A stretch of 64,000 bases of DNA from Azolla caroliniana (Eukaryota; Plantae; Polypodiophyta), in the NCBI GenBank assembly GCA_043228905.1, contig JBHGNT010000011.1, forward strand, positions 21,452,001 to 21,516,000, in the 5' to 3' direction. The notes under the pieces are model-generated. The model saw nothing but the letters and a program-made list of their open reading frames with translations, ran no database searches and was not told where the DNA came from. How positions within the stretch are numbered: position 1 is the first letter of the stretch; each line of letters begins with the position of its first letter. Both the position numbers and the translations under genes were made by a program. Shown piece after piece: positions 1 through 25,767 of this stretch.

Positions 1-1110
1 TGGTCTTTGCGATAGCTCCATGGTGTGGTTTTCTCAAGATCTTGCAATAACATTTATTGTAATGTTAATTTTGATTTTGCGCACACTTCAATTCGTTAAG
101 AAAATAATGACTACACATTTAATAAGCCAAATTAGGACCCGTTAGTTCATTGATAAACCGACGCATTAGTCTGTTTCTTTTTGTGCTCAACCCTAACTAT
201 ATCTATTTGTAAAACATCACTTACCACGTTAGTATACTATTTCAAGCTTGTCCCTCAATCTATCTAGGTTCACGTTTGGTTTCATGCCCTTTCAGTTTCG
301 TGATTTTAGAATTTAAACACCTTAAAATGTTATGGCACCGTTGAACATAAACAGTGATCTAACTACATTGTAGTCTTGGCATAACCATAACTCACAAAAA
401 ATTTGTACATATAATTATTGAGCTTCGGTATTGTGTTGGCACAACCCTTAACATAAATCGTTTGCATGTCTTGGATGAGTCGTGGCATTCATCCCCATCA
501 TTGGATCTGAGTGATAGTATGATAGTGAAATTTATATCATGCAAGCTATTTTGAGTTAGAGATGGAGTGCAAGATTGATCAACATCCAAGGCAAGGTCCA
601 TTTACAAACTCAACACCTCTCTATCTTTCTATATGCATACGAAGCATGCATCGCTCAAACTTTGCAAGATATGGGACTTGGCACAAGGTTTCCCATTACA
701 CCCTCGCTATAAAGTATAAAATCACACACGTGTCTATTGAAGCACTGACAATCAAGTTATTTAGTACATGACAAAACACATGTGACCAAGCAACAAGGTT
801 TATGAGATTAGGGTGCAAAAAACTTTCCTAATCGGGCAACTAATGGGTGCACGGCATATATCTTGGAAATTTGATTGTCGGCACACTTTCTATATGGACG
901 TGTGCACGGAAACTATGTGAGTGTTGATAACCGACCACAGAGTCCCTAGGCATGATATTGAGTTTTAGGGGTTCCTATTGGAGATTAACAACACCATGTT
1001 TTTGAAAGAGTCTTACAAATTACAATTGGGGGGGTTGGGTGAACTCTACAAACGCAAAAAAACAGAACAAAAAGCAAAACAGATAGCAAAACTCTACTAA
1101 GCTGGACAAC

Positions 1111-1287
1111 ATGAGTAGGCCCGAAGATGAAGATGAAGATGAAGAAGCAGAAGCAGCAGCAGACGGCGAGGGAGAAGGAGAAGCAGCAGCAAAAGACATC
1201 CATGGCGTGAATACTCCTCTTCTTCCCTACTCAAAGATGATATCCTACCCTGCACCAGAATCGATATTAGAGGAGAGCGAAACATAG
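1111..1287 (+). other. 58-codon upstream ORF (acidic peptide MSRPEDEDEDEEAEAAADGEGEGE...) 5' of SMG1
   Basis: ATG at 1111 and TAG at 1285-1287, in the same frame as the SMG1 ATG at 1351. A second in-frame TAG lies at 1345-1347. Whether it is inside the transcript is unknown. Confidence 0.45.
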
Positions 1288-1350
1288 CCAGACACATACA
1301 TACACATAAAGGCAGGCGCAAACCCAAAGAACTTAGAGACCACATAGCCA

Positions 1351-12730
<11,380 letters not shown>

Positions 12731-14389
12731 GATATTTTTTTGCAAAAAGAAGTTTCTAGGTGTGGTGAGAAATTCATTTGATGGAAGTTCGTTTGAGATA
12801 TTCACTATTTGAACTTGAGATACTTTTGGGTTGAGTTTCATTTTTATCGCCATCGGTTTAAACACCATGCTGGGTAGTCTCAGAAACTTTGTGACATGTG
12901 AATACCCGGGTCACCACAATGCATTTATGTGAACATTGGGAAAGTATCAGTTCAGCGTCGAAATACCTTTACAGGTAATATATGCAATAAATGAATCATC
13001 ATTGATTATCCTTAATGTTAGTTATACTTAAGATTGAATCTTTAGCAATTATCTTCACTTATCCTTTGGCCATAGTGATGTGTTCAGGGATTGTACTAGC
13101 ATTTTGTCTGTGCTATGCAATGCAATAATTAACGCAATTTGGCATCAATCATCGAACATGAAGAAAAAAACGTAAGGTATGTGAAATTACGATTGTACAT
13201 TTGGGGTCTCTAAGAAATCAATATTTCTTAATCATTTTCAATCCTAATAGCGTTTTTGTATCAGCCTACATAAGATGGAGAGAATAATCACCTGATGCAA
13301 AGTCCTTGTTTTGTATATACTTAAATGTAAGTCTTTAACACTCAATTGTGTACATTATTTTTTTCGATCTACCATGAATATAATAGTCTTTCATGTTATG
13401 TTATTCTCATAAATTTGTGAAAGAAAAGGATTGTTTAGCCTGACAGTATGACCCAGAATGGATTCATATTGATATTATGTATTGACTTTTAGTTCCACAT
13501 TGCCTCCAACATGTTGTGGACATAAAAAATGAAATCATAGATTTTGAAGAAAAATTAGAAAACCCGATGCCATTTTACAAATGCCAAATGATGAGCTCAT
13601 TTTCTTCACACTTCTGCATCATAGCACTCTCCATTTTAACCCATTGACTACATAAGGAATTCTTCAAAAGTTGATTCCATGTGGTAAATATGCGGTAAAA
13701 GAACTTCAAAGATCTGTGGTTGTAGAGAATCATTTGAATAAAGTTTGATACGACCTTCTCTTTGTTGGAATATATTAAAATTTCGAAAAGGGATTCTCAA
13801 GAGTATGAAATGTATTGCAAAGATATTTGATCTGTTAATATAGAGCATGTTAATAAAAGTGAATTGTTGAAGCTTACTAATGGCTTGTACAAAAGCAATT
13901 AATCAATTCAATGAGGTGATTATTTGTTGTATCATATTAGAACATGGCATGTCTTTTATGTCTCATGAATGAGTGAGCAGATAATAAAATAGACATGACT
14001 TTAAGAGAAACTTGGTAGCTGACCAAGTGACCTAGGTTCATGGATGGGGTGATGCATTCAAAAGGGTTGGGCTTCTAGAATGTACTCAATTACATAGTTA
14101 CAAGATGACATAGTGTGTTCAATGTTATGTATTATATCATGTATTATATTATGTCTTCATGCAATAAAAAAGAATACAAATCCATGTTCAAAATTTGGGT
14201 AGAATAAAGGCATGGCTGTTGCATAAGAATCACCATGACAATGATGAGATTTCACAGTGGAGTTGATGGTATGGTCAATAGTGTAGTTAGTGGTTGAACA
14301 TTGTTCTCTCGTTCACCAAGTGCATTTTTGCAATAGGATTTTGCGAAATGGTGCTTTCATGATGTAAAGAGTATAGATTTCCTATGGTT

Positions 14390-16420
14390 GATAGAAAATT
14401 CCTAATGCAATATGGAAAGAATTCAATCATGTTAATTGGTCTTTCCTCTCAAGTGTGATGTATAATATGGCATTTGGTCCTCACATGTGTCGATTTATCT
14501 TTTTGCTAGGGCAAAATGCAACATCATGTGTGAAATTTAGTGGCGAAGTTACTTTGAAAGTGTTTCTTACTAGATTTGTGTGACAAAGATGTCCATTAAG
14601 CCCATTGTTATTTGCTATTGTTACATGTCCTTTGTTAGTAATGTTGTCAAATCTTGCCACCAATGGTGATATTGTGGGTTTGCATATTCCTTTTAGTGGA
14701 CAATTGGTAGCACAAGCATTGGTTGATGATTCCTTTATGTTTTTACAAGCCTCAAAAGAAAAACTTGGAAGGAGTTTGGGATCAATTTGCTTTGGCTTTA
14801 GGGTTGTGTATAAATTAGAGGAAGTCTTGCCTTATTTCTTGTATGGAGAGTGATTTGGATTGTTTGGGATGGCAAGGGTCAATGATTACACGATGATCAA
14901 TTTATCGATGTTTGGGCTATCCATTAGGTATTGATGTTGCAAATCTTCAATTGATTGATTGGATTGGTAGTAAATTGGAGGAAAAAATTATTTATTGGAA
15001 GTCTCAATTATGATCCTTTCATGTATGACTCAAAGTGGTGCAATGTATCTTGATACCCATGTTACTATATTTTTTACCATTACTACCTTGGAATAAGGAG
15101 GCATTACAAAGCATGTTACAACCTATTCGGTTCATGTTGTGGCAGAAGGAAGAAATGATGGGAGTTACATGGATTTCATGGGACCATTTGGCTAATCCCA
15201 AAAGGTTAGGTGGTGCAACAATATTGGATTTGGAAATGTATTTGATGACTTGTAGATTTGCATTTTTACGAGATATATGTCAACAAGATTAACCATGGAT
15301 ATCTATGATATAATAATTTATTGAGCATGAAGGAGTGGTACATGGGAAAACAAAGATTCAAGCATCTCAATGGTCATTACTCAATGGAAGTATTCCTCTA
15401 AAAATTTGACATTAAGTATGTAGACAACATTAAGTAAGATCATGACAAGATGCATTATCTCTTTTTAAGTGGGGACCATGAAGTGATCGAGAATCTTGCA
15501 ATTTATTACAAAATGAATCAGTTGTTTCTTCTAAAGTGTTGTTGTAGCATGGGAAAGAGAAGTTGAGATCTCAATTCAATTGTTTATTTCGATTGGGGGT
15601 TGTACATTTGGAAGATGTGGTTGATAATGAATCTCAAAGGTTGTCGAAATTTGAAGATGCCAAACGATGGTTATGTATTCCCCAAGATTATGGATTTATT
15701 TTGGAGAAACTACAAGATATACAATCAATCGTTGCCATTGAAAATAATTGTTGCACCTTGGGTGGATTGGCAATTACAAGATGGTACACGCTTGTTACAA
15801 GTCACTACAAATATATTGTATGATAATGCAATGGCATCATTATCTTGGCTATCTCCTAAAGTAGAGAAGTTGTGGAATGTATGTAAGTCAGATGCAAGGT
15901 GGTGGAAAATATTATAATGTGGTTGGCATTTCGTGCAAAGGTATTCACAGGGAGAGTCATGATTAGTGGGCTCTCATTAGGTTCGGCCTTAAAGAGACGA
16001 GGACTAGTGTCCGACACTTGTTGTTTCTTTTGCATCATTCCATTGGAGGATAGTACACATAGGGTAATTAAATGTCATATAGCATGTACCATTTGGAACT
16101 ACTTATCGGACATTTGGCAAGTTTTAACTCGTTATTTGAAACCTCAACAATGGGTTTTTTTGCAATATGTTCAAAATGGTTCAAATGATGAGATGGAGAT
16201 ATTGTTCCAATTTTTACGTTATTGGGGACTACACCACAATTGGAATATGCGTAATGTGTTCATTTTGATAATAGACATGAGGTGAAAGCCTATATAAAGA
16301 AACTAAAAGGTATTCTCCTGTGAAATTTTTGGATGTTATAACATCTAGGAATCATTTCCTCAAATGCATATTCAAGTTTTTTAATGGCATTACATGACGT
16401 CCCTCTCCATACATAGGTGT
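14390..16420 (+). mobile_element. 5'-truncated, degenerate LINE (L1-like) reverse transcriptase to C-terminal zinc-finger region
   Basis: Fragments KEFNHVNWSFL, (R)QRCPLSPLLFAIVTCPL, AQALVDDSFMF, LGYPLG, WDHLANPKRLGGATILDL and CFFC...EDSTHRVIKC, with many stops and frameshifts. Confidence 0.88.
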
Positions 16421-16498
16421 ATGATAGGTAGAGGAGACTAAGAAGTGTTATAACTAAGTCGATTTTACATACATTTAATATAATTGTGTGCTTTTACC

Positions 16499-16621
16499 GA
16501 GAGAGAGAGAGAGAGAGAGATTATGGAAACAAAATTTGAAAAGAGACTATGTTGAATCTACATGAATTTGAGAGTTTGAGAGATGTGAATGTTTCATATT
16601 GTTTTGATAAACATAGTACTT

Positions 16622-16664
<43 letters not shown>

Positions 16665-16814
16665 ACGTCTTCTAAGACCAAATATGGCCCACGAGACATT
16701 GATTCCACTAATGGGATGTGTACACAATCATTGAAAATAAAAAAAATAAAAAAACATAAATAGGTTGGGGGGGGGGGAGGGGTGGGGGGAGAGAGAGAGA
16801 GAGAGAGAGAGAGA
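16499..16814. repeat. Cluster of three (GA)n microsatellites and a G run
   Basis: Directly visible at about 16499-16520, 16623-16660 and 16789-16814. Confidence 0.95.
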
Positions 16815-18346
16815 CATCGTGGAATTTGAAAAAGAGACATTTGAATTTTTGTACATGAATTTGAGAGTTTTGAGAGATGTGATTGTTTAGAAGATGCGAA
16901 GGATATTTTGGCAGTTTGTTGAACAATTAGGGTGGTCAGATGAATTTCCCAAAAGCATCATTAATGATGAACTAGCATGACCTTGGGCAATGGTGACACA
17001 TTGTAGGTAATTGTTGTGGAGAGTATGAAGCTGAGAAAGAGGCAAGAGACACTCCAAAACTAGGCTCCTAAAGGGCCTAGTGAGGACTCAAATGTGTCTC
17101 TAAGAATGCATGGGTAGATGCAAGTAATGACAATTGGGAATACTTTCATGAGTAAATGCACACTGTTATGTTGCTTTGTTCTATGACTCTTCTTGAAGGA
17201 TTATTTATTTATCAATGATCGTTGTGTCTATTTAAATTATACTAAAATATTTTTTAAATAGCAAAATCCTATGATTAAAATCAGGAATTTATAGTGTATC
17301 GCAATTATATTGAAAATGTTTTGTACCTCGTGCATGTACAAACTTTTTTGAAGTTTGGTTCTCTCAAAATGCACAATGTACAATACGCATACGCATGTGC
17401 AAAATTTCAAAAACATCAACTTACAAGTTTCGTGGTGGAGGGTGGTGGTAAGCCTCAGTTGAGGATCTAAAAATGCCATCATGAAGATGTACACAATGGT
17501 TGTCAGGAACTTTAGTGGTTAACTTAGACTTTACCTAAGATACAAACAATATATGGGTGCTTTGCAAAGATTCTTGAACCTTACAAAATATGTAGCTATC
17601 ATGCCCAATCTAGTACCATTCACATCCGAAATGTGTGTATCAAACATTGATTCAAGTTAATTCTTTTATTCAAGAGGGATAAATTCATATAGTACCATTA
17701 CATTAGATTATATAAACAAGAAAATAAGAAGATAAATTCTATATCTCTTCTTGTATGAGACATAAATGAAGTTTTTAAGTGAATGTACTACAATTTACGT
17801 ATTAGAGAAGTTTAATCCATCTTGCTCCAAGTTGTGCAATTCCCATTATAAAGAGAGGCTACATGTGAACTCGGGGCTTGGTTAGGTCTTGATGCAGAAG
17901 GTAGAGTCTAACTTTGTCACTTCATGGTAGAATGTGAATCTATATTACCTTAACCTTATGGTGTGTAGGGCTACAAATTTGGTGGCAGTGAATTATAGGT
18001 TGTAGGAATTGATGGTGTACCAAATTGAGCCTCTATAGTTTTAGTTATATAAGCAATACTTTGTCGCTAAGTGGGGGAAATCGTATGTATATTTCCTTCA
18101 CACTATAAACATCCAAGCTCTCTTCGAGAGACTTGGATGGAAATGAAATTAGGCCTAGTATAGAATCATTCTCATTGTAGAACATGTTTTTTATATAGAA
18201 CATGTTTGTTGTTTTCTTAGAACTATTTAGCTTAAACTCTATTTTATCTTATTTTTATTTTTACTTTCGATGAATGGGTAAATATCCCATTTTTGTTGTA
18301 CACCATTTGTCTCATGGGCCAATTTTGGCCTTAGAAGACGTTAATA
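16661..18346. mobile_element. Candidate non-autonomous element with ~100 bp terminal inverted repeats
   Basis: 16661-16763 (attaacgtcttctaagaccaaatatggcccacgagaca...) is an imperfect reverse complement of 18239-18346 (...tgtctcatgggccaattttggccttagaagacgttaat). No target-site duplication was resolved. Confidence 0.55.
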
Positions 18347-18760
18347 TATCTTTCTTTCTTTCTTTCTTTCTTTCTAGCTTTGATCATCCATGTGTAGCAA
18401 ATTTTGTTAATAAGCGAGCATACATTTTGAATTTTGCATGCATATCGAGGTAGTTTAGCTTTTGCAAAACTAGAAGATAGAGGATGTGAGGAAAAATTAC
18501 AATATGCATGGGACCTTAGTTTTGAAATTTTAGGAAACCGTTATGAGAGAATGAATGGATGCCAAATTCCACACCAATAATCACAATGTCTATTAAGTAT
18601 GTATATATTTGTGGTATTTTCTTATAGTTTTCCTACAAACTCATGCATAAAATCGAACAAAATCCAAGAAAAGTAATATGTCTACTAATATCCTATAAGT
18701 TTGTGGTCTTTTCTCATAGTTTTTAATCATTAAGATGAAACTTGTCAATTAATTTGTAGC

Positions 18761-18943
18761 ATTTTCTCATAGTTTCCTACTAATTCAAGTATGAGTTGGA
18801 ACATAAAGGGATTTGTATACTAACTTCCTATAGGTTTGTGATATTTTCTCATAGTTTCCTACTAATTCAAGTATGAGCTGGAACATAAAGGGATTTGTAT
18901 ACTAACTTCCTATAGGTTTTTTGATATTTTTTCATAGTTTCCT
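18761..18943. repeat. Tandem repeat, 82 bp unit, about 2.2 copies, with degenerate copies upstream
   Basis: attttctcatagtttcctactaattcaagtatgag... starts at 18761 and 18843, with a partial copy at about 18925. Confidence 0.9.
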
Positions 18944-21900
18944 ATCACAAAGACAAAACCCAAGTTATCATTAATGAATATACACTAGATCAATCAATAC
19001 AGAAAAATTTGTTGAACATTTCAAACCCTACATTCCACATTGGCTTCAAGCAAAGTCTTCCATAAAGTGGGAGTTGGATTAATGTACATAGGTTAATGAA
19101 AAACATGGCATGCCAATAGGATGAGTGCGTTCATAAAACCAAATACGCTCTAATAGGAAAATGTTCGGCTTTAGAAGATAAACTGCATGACCTAGACAAT
19201 TCTAATTTAGACACATGGGTGTGCTAATAAGAAACCAACATGGACCAAATATGGAAAATGCGGGGACAAGTTCATGCGGAAAAAACTAGACACATTTCCC
19301 CTAGCAAACCAATCAGACATTAACTATGTCAAATCGGACACAATGAGTAGAGAGGTCAAGTCAATCGACCATTCTCTTTGTCTATCTTCTTTTCCAAATC
19401 TTGTTTACCTTGTTTCTCTCAACAAACCCTCGAGATTACAACCAACCAAGAAGACTAGATTCCGTGTGTGAATGAATATTCAATGAGTAGGAGTAGTCAC
19501 ATGATCTGATATTGATTTGATTGTTTGTGGATATTATATATACAATTATAGATTGTGAAGGTTTTCTTCTCAACATGTTTTTTCCTCACATAAATAAACC
19601 TTTGTTGGATGATGGTAACCGTAAGAGAGTGATTCTTTCTCTATTGGATGACCAATGGCCTCATCATTTGTTTAGTAGCATTGAGAATAAAAGTTTGTTG
19701 GAGTCATACTTCAGATGTTATTGCGGAACTATTCATGAAGTTCTTTGATAAAAAGATTGGGCATACAACCTAAAATACCATGACATTTAGAGAACGTATG
19801 GTCACTTATGAGCACATAAACATAGATATAACATCATTTGGCATTTTGATGAGTCAAAAAGAGTGCATCCATGGAGGTGCATGAAAGTGATGGTGATCTT
19901 TAAAGTAGACATGAAGAAGCACAACAAGGGAGTAAGTGTCCACCTATTGACAAGTTGAGATGAACAATATAAGCATTCAAGTTCCATTCACATAAAAAAC
20001 AATCTCCCTTGATTGTGTCTCTTGTAATATTGTAATCCTCCCCTCTTCAAATCTTATAACTCGAGCCCCAATGTCTCTGAATAGCTCATTATATATATGT
20101 GAATACTTGTTGACTGTCATGCACACACACCATTCAACATGGGAGGAATGATGGTTGCTCAAGTGGAAGCATGTGTACTATAATGTACATATCTTTAGAT
20201 TCCTTTCTTTTTCTTTTCATGTGTATGTATTTATACATTCGTACCACATGTTAGCTATAACTTATAAGTAATAGAGACATTCATTTGACTAGTAGATTTA
20301 GGGGTTTGGGACCCGGGTTTCTTTAATAGATCCGCATTTCTATGTAACTTCAAGTAAAACTGATAAAGGAAGATACTCATGCATAAATTGAAGGAAATAT
20401 TTGCTTGTTTCAAACAGTTGAAATGAACATTGCTATAAGAGTAGAGTACTCGACATAGGTTTGGAAATATTTTCTTCAAGAAACTCACTATTGCACAATC
20501 AACTAGCTTTGTGTATCCTTCATGTCGACAATATTTGTGAGCATTACATTGAAAGAAACCTAGAGAACGCGCACAATTCCCGAGGAAGAGATTGAGGGAC
20601 AATGTTATAGGGTTTGTCAAATAGTATAATGACACACAAAGAAGAGGGGGCATTAGAAGAAACATTGGACAAGGGAACTTCCAAGAATATTGCAATGTCC
20701 TCCTCAAAAGTCAAACTTTATTTCAAAGTAAGTGCGCACATTGAAGCAAGTTTTTCATTGCATGCCAAAATTACATGCATGGATATGGGTCATGGATTTG
20801 ATGATATAAAACTTTGGCATAAGCATTTGCACCCATGAGCAAGTTATCCATTAGATTTATTTAGGACTTAGACCCAATATTTTACATCATATCTGTTTGT
20901 ATGGTAATGTTGACGAAAATCTCATCATGCTTTGGTGGAAGTTTTGAGCAACCTCCAATCAATTTCGTCACTAGATTCTTTAGATTGGCATCACACTTTC
21001 TTCACTCTATTGATAACAACTCTAGCTTCTCTCCTTAGTTTAGCTTCTCCACAACTAACCAAATGGTTCTCTAGATTGTGGATCCAAGTTCAATCTTCAT
21101 CCCATATTAATTCTTGAAGTATTTGTTTATAGGGTTGTGTCATTACCAAATTCGTCATATCCATTTCTAAATTACATGAATATCTCATGCTAATTTGCCA
21201 TGCCTTTATGTGGTTGTCAAGACTCAACAGAGTCATTGGTTCATTTTTAAGGGAGGAGTCAAGGCGGTCTTGAAACATATTGGTGGAGATAAGAATGGCA
21301 ATATAATGAACTGTTTACGAAGGCTTATTTTGACGAGTGATAAATTGATCAATCTTTTGCTCATTAACTTCATGCTTTGAAACTGTAGATTTGTTGGTTA
21401 GATGGGAAAATTCAGAAATGGGTGTAAAGGTTACCTCTTGAAAAAAATTAGCTTCATTTAAATTTCCACTTGGCATTAAAACTTGGGACATTTATAGTTC
21501 CTTCATTGAGGTTTGGAAGTTTCCCTAGAAGTTTTGTTATATCTGTACAACATGAGACCAAGTTTGAGGCCTCGAGCTAGAACGGTACCAATAAATAGAA
21601 AAGTTTAGAACAAAACACTCTATACCAATCGTCCTTCCACTCTAGTTCTGAACCTTCCCTCAAGTTTCATTGCATGCATTCTACAACCTTTGAGCTCGTT
21701 TGAAGTCTGGACCTAAAACTTTGCCAATGTTTTGATTTTTGATTTTGGAATAAGAATGGGTCCATTTGAAAGAAACGCATCTTCCCAAAACGGTCTTGCT
21801 TGTTAGTTGGCATGTTTCACCTCAAGACTTTATACATCATACATATAAGAAACTTTACACATCCCCATGACATCCACCCATGTGGATGTTAAAACTTTCG

Positions 21901-23598
21901 AATATTATGTGTTAGCCTCCATTGTGATGTACGATCCGAATGCTTTCATATTGACCAAGTGTTAACTCGTCCTTGTATACAAGAGCAACAAAAGCCTTGG
22001 GTCCCATGATATTGATGGTCCATGTTAATCTATTGTTTGTCTTATTTTTTTCCAATATGTTTAGGAAGCAAGAGCAATTAAGCTTGCAAAATATACTTGT
22101 TTTCTTATATTGTCATTTCCATACAATATGTAAACTAGTGGCAAAAATCATGGTTCGGGTATATAAATTAAGAATGATGTATATAAACTTTTTGGTTTCC
22201 ACGTCGTCTTATAGGCTTCAAATTTTACGTGAGAAAATGACTATAACATGCTTAAAAATGAATAAGATATCAACAAAATACCATTGCTTCTCTCAAAATT
22301 ACGTGAGCAAGTTTGGCCAAGGTTATGTTTTTCCCTCATTCTCCAAACCTTCTTTGCTCCAAGGTTGTCCAAACAGAACGTAACACAATTGCAACATGCA
22401 TCTTCACACAACAACTTCACAATGGCATGACCAAGGTGAATGTAGAGTAGATAATATGAACCCAAACAAAATCGTGAAATAAATATCAAACTTACATTTG
22501 GGGGCGATTCACATTTAGACGACAACCGTCCATTCTCATAATTGAACACAAGAATGTAAGGAAATTGTAACTAAACAATGGATGGAAAAACCGACTCTCT
22601 GAAATTGAGGCGCCGATATTTCAACAACAAAATAGATGAAAATATGTCCACATGAGACTAGATTTCCATGAAATTATATTTACAATCCAGGAGCAAACAC
22701 CCCTATGATTATAGTCTACCCTGCCATGCTATATTTACCTCTTTGACATAACCCTACGTTGCCAAGTTAAGCATTCAGGTGTTTCGGTTGGCCCATGAAG
22801 TTTTTTTTACACGGGAGTTTTGAATCCCACTTGGTGAGTACTTGGTTGGGCGTAGGATGTGCAGACTTTTGTCCATCCGGGGGCAGGATGGTATTTTTAC
22901 ATCTTCCCAAGGATGTTCAGATTTTGTGACCCGTAATGATGAGAGCTTCTTATAGGCCAAAAGGGTGTCAAGCACGGTTTCTTTATTTTTGGTTGCGTGT
23001 TCCAAATCCCAAAGAAACAGATGAAAATTACACCTCAAAAACAGAAAGAGGGGGGGTAGAAAGAAAAAAAATAAAAATGGAAGGCTGAAATGAGAAACCA
23101 TTGCATTACAGGGAGGGATGTATGTATGTATGTATGGGAAGAAGACCTTGCGTATTGGGGGGGGGGGGGGGGGCGGGGGTCTGTTTTGGCCATGCCAACT
23201 TATGTATGTATAGATAAAAAGAACAGATTACAAAGTCCAGGAATTGGCAAAGCATGGACTAAAATTATGGGTTAATGTGCATATATCTACACAAAACACA
23301 CATAGGCATTATGCCCAGCGCCGATGTTGCGGATGTTTTTTTTAATACAAATAGGACGGGGATTCGGAAATGGGCAAATCGGGGCGGGGGGGGGGGTGCT
23401 TCTCATTTTGTTGGATTTATATTTACTAGAAGAATACCAGTAGCTGGTTTGGACATATCCGCCGGAATACCACTAGTGGGTTGGACACAATCACCGGCAA
23501 ACCACTACTAGCTTATTGGGGGTAGGTAATCAATATGGATGCGGCGGGGCGGCCGTTTAATGAGTAGAGAGAAACAAAGACAGAGAAAGAGGCTACAA

Positions 23599-24020
23599 TC
23601 ATTTGGAGTGCGAGAGGCCCACTAAATGGCGGCAGATGTCGAGGATGCGAGCCTTGGGTTTCTTCTTGGCATTGGGCGGCGCGTTGTCGGCGGCGGCGGC
23701 GGGCTTGCAGGCCATGGAGATGGCCGTGACGAGGCGGTGATGGGCGGCGGCGGCTGACAGGGGCGGCGGAGGAGGAGGCGATGATGGCGGCGGCGATGTG
23801 GCGATGAAAGAGGAGGTGGAGACGGTGGCGGCAGCCGGGTGGCAGGCCGGGCATAGGCGGAGGGGTAGCCCCGCCGCTTTCCTTCCCGATGGATGTGGAA
23901 GAATAAGCAGGCTGTTTCGGCTAGGCGCCTCCATCATCTGGAGCTTCCCTCCGCACATCGCACACTCACTCTCTTCCTCTGGGACGCTGCTTTTATTATA
24001 CGAGCTGCTGCTACTCCTCC

Positions 24021-24052
<32 letters not shown>

Positions 24053-25767
24053 CCTGCACCTCCCCCACCTCCCATTGCTTTCTTGGGCTTTCCCGTACTC
24101 CCATGCCTCCCTGGCGAAGCTGAATCTCGCCATTCATTCACGTTCTGCCTCTGCCTCTGCCTCTGCTCATTTCTAACGGGGCTTCTGCAACTCTGCTTAA
24201 TCAACTGCTGTAGAGATGTGGGTTGCACCTGCGATTCCCTCACACTATCGCCATACCTTTGCTCCGCCACTTCCTCCTCCTCCTCCTCCTCCACCACCAC
24301 CGATGACCAGATGGCGCCGCCTCCGCCGCTTCGTGGTTGATAGTTATAGCCGCCACTCCTACTCGCACCTGATCCCTTCGGCACATTCCATCCATACGGA
24401 GCTGGATGATGGCGAGCGCCTTGGCTCACATACTGAGCTCGATGATGCAGACACGACGGCGACGGCGATAGTTGATAATAGTTGGGATGTCTGCCATGGC
24501 CACCACTCCATACTGAAGAATGCTGAGGATCACCATATCTGCCGCCAATCAGCAGCTCCTCTGGTATAGCCGCCCACCTCCCTCTCTCTCTCATCGAAAG
24601 AGTTCTTCCCTCGCTCGTATCGCTGAGGATGCACCGATGATCTGAGATTCCCGATGTTGATGATAATGATGATGATGATGATGCGTTGGTTACTACTACT
24701 TCAGCCAATGGATCCATACCTCTAGCAGTGGCAGCCCTCATCGAATACAGGGCTCGGCGAAGCGCTGCATTCTCTTCATATAAAGCCCTCATGGATTGAG
24801 ATTTGCCGACAGAACGCAACAGGGGATCAGCACCGACATCACAGAAGTGATCTTGATCAAAGGCCTTGCTGGCGCTGACAGGAGTTCTCACATCCGGCAC
24901 AGCAGAGAAATTGTCATGGCGGAGGAGGCTCGGAGGATTGTTGGACACCGGTGGTGGTGGTGGTGGCGGTGGCAGCACAGAATGAAGAAGACGAGAATGA
25001 TGGTGCTGATCAGATGCTGAATCTGTGGGGGGCATGCCAAAGAGCTGCTCGTAATGATATGCTGGGAAGTCATGGACGCGGCGACCAAAAGATGCGGGCG
25101 GATGATATTGGAACACTCTGTCTTCATCTGCTTCGAAAGCTGGCGGCGGTGGTGGGGCGAAACGGCGGCCGTTGGTTGAGGAAAAGCCATGAGGAGAAGG
25201 AGGAGGATATGGCGTGCCTGCAACCCCACCAAATGGGTGTGAAGTGGGAGTCGCCGCCGCCATTAAGCCGTGGGTGGAAGCCAAGTCTACAATGCGGTTG
25301 TAAGGGTTGGAGCCAAAACGAGGGTATTCGTGATCGGTGGAGGAGGAAGAGGAGGAAGAAGAGGCGGCGTAGACAGGAGGAATGGGGGGGTCCACAGGAG
25401 GTTTTTGAGTATTGAGTAGTAGGTGGCGATGGGCGTGGGCGTGGGCGTGGGCAGGAGGGGAAGGCAGCGTCTCGGGTGGTTTCAGGGGGGCAAAGATGTC
25501 GGCTGGCATTGTTGTTGTTGTTGTTGTTGTGTCGGTAATGGGATGAAGAAGGTTACTACAGTTAGTGGTATTCTTGTTAGTGTTGCTGCTGACTGGGAAG
25601 CTCGCAGCAGCTACAGGAGGAGTAGGAGGAGGAGGAGGAGGAGGAGGAGGGCGAAGAGGCCATCTCAGCGCATATGCTTGCTCTGTGGCCGAAGGTGCTG
25701 CCAAAGAAGAAGAAGAAGAAGAAGAAGAGGAACTTGTAGTAGTTTCTGCACACAACAAGTGGTCCAT
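23599..25767 (-). CDS. Intronless 722-aa Pro/Ser/His-rich protein of unknown function with a putative C-terminal zinc ribbon
   Basis: Long GC-rich ORF with in-frame trinucleotide repeats and an upstream (CT)n tract typical of plant 5' UTRs. It has two CxxC pairs (CAMC, CPAC) and a basic/amphipathic C-terminus KKKPKARILDICRHLVGL. Confidence 0.8.

Noticed and set aside
19200-22600. Short ORFs as genes or a nameable transposase
   Set aside because: They look like decayed TE sequence, but I found no motif I can identify with confidence.
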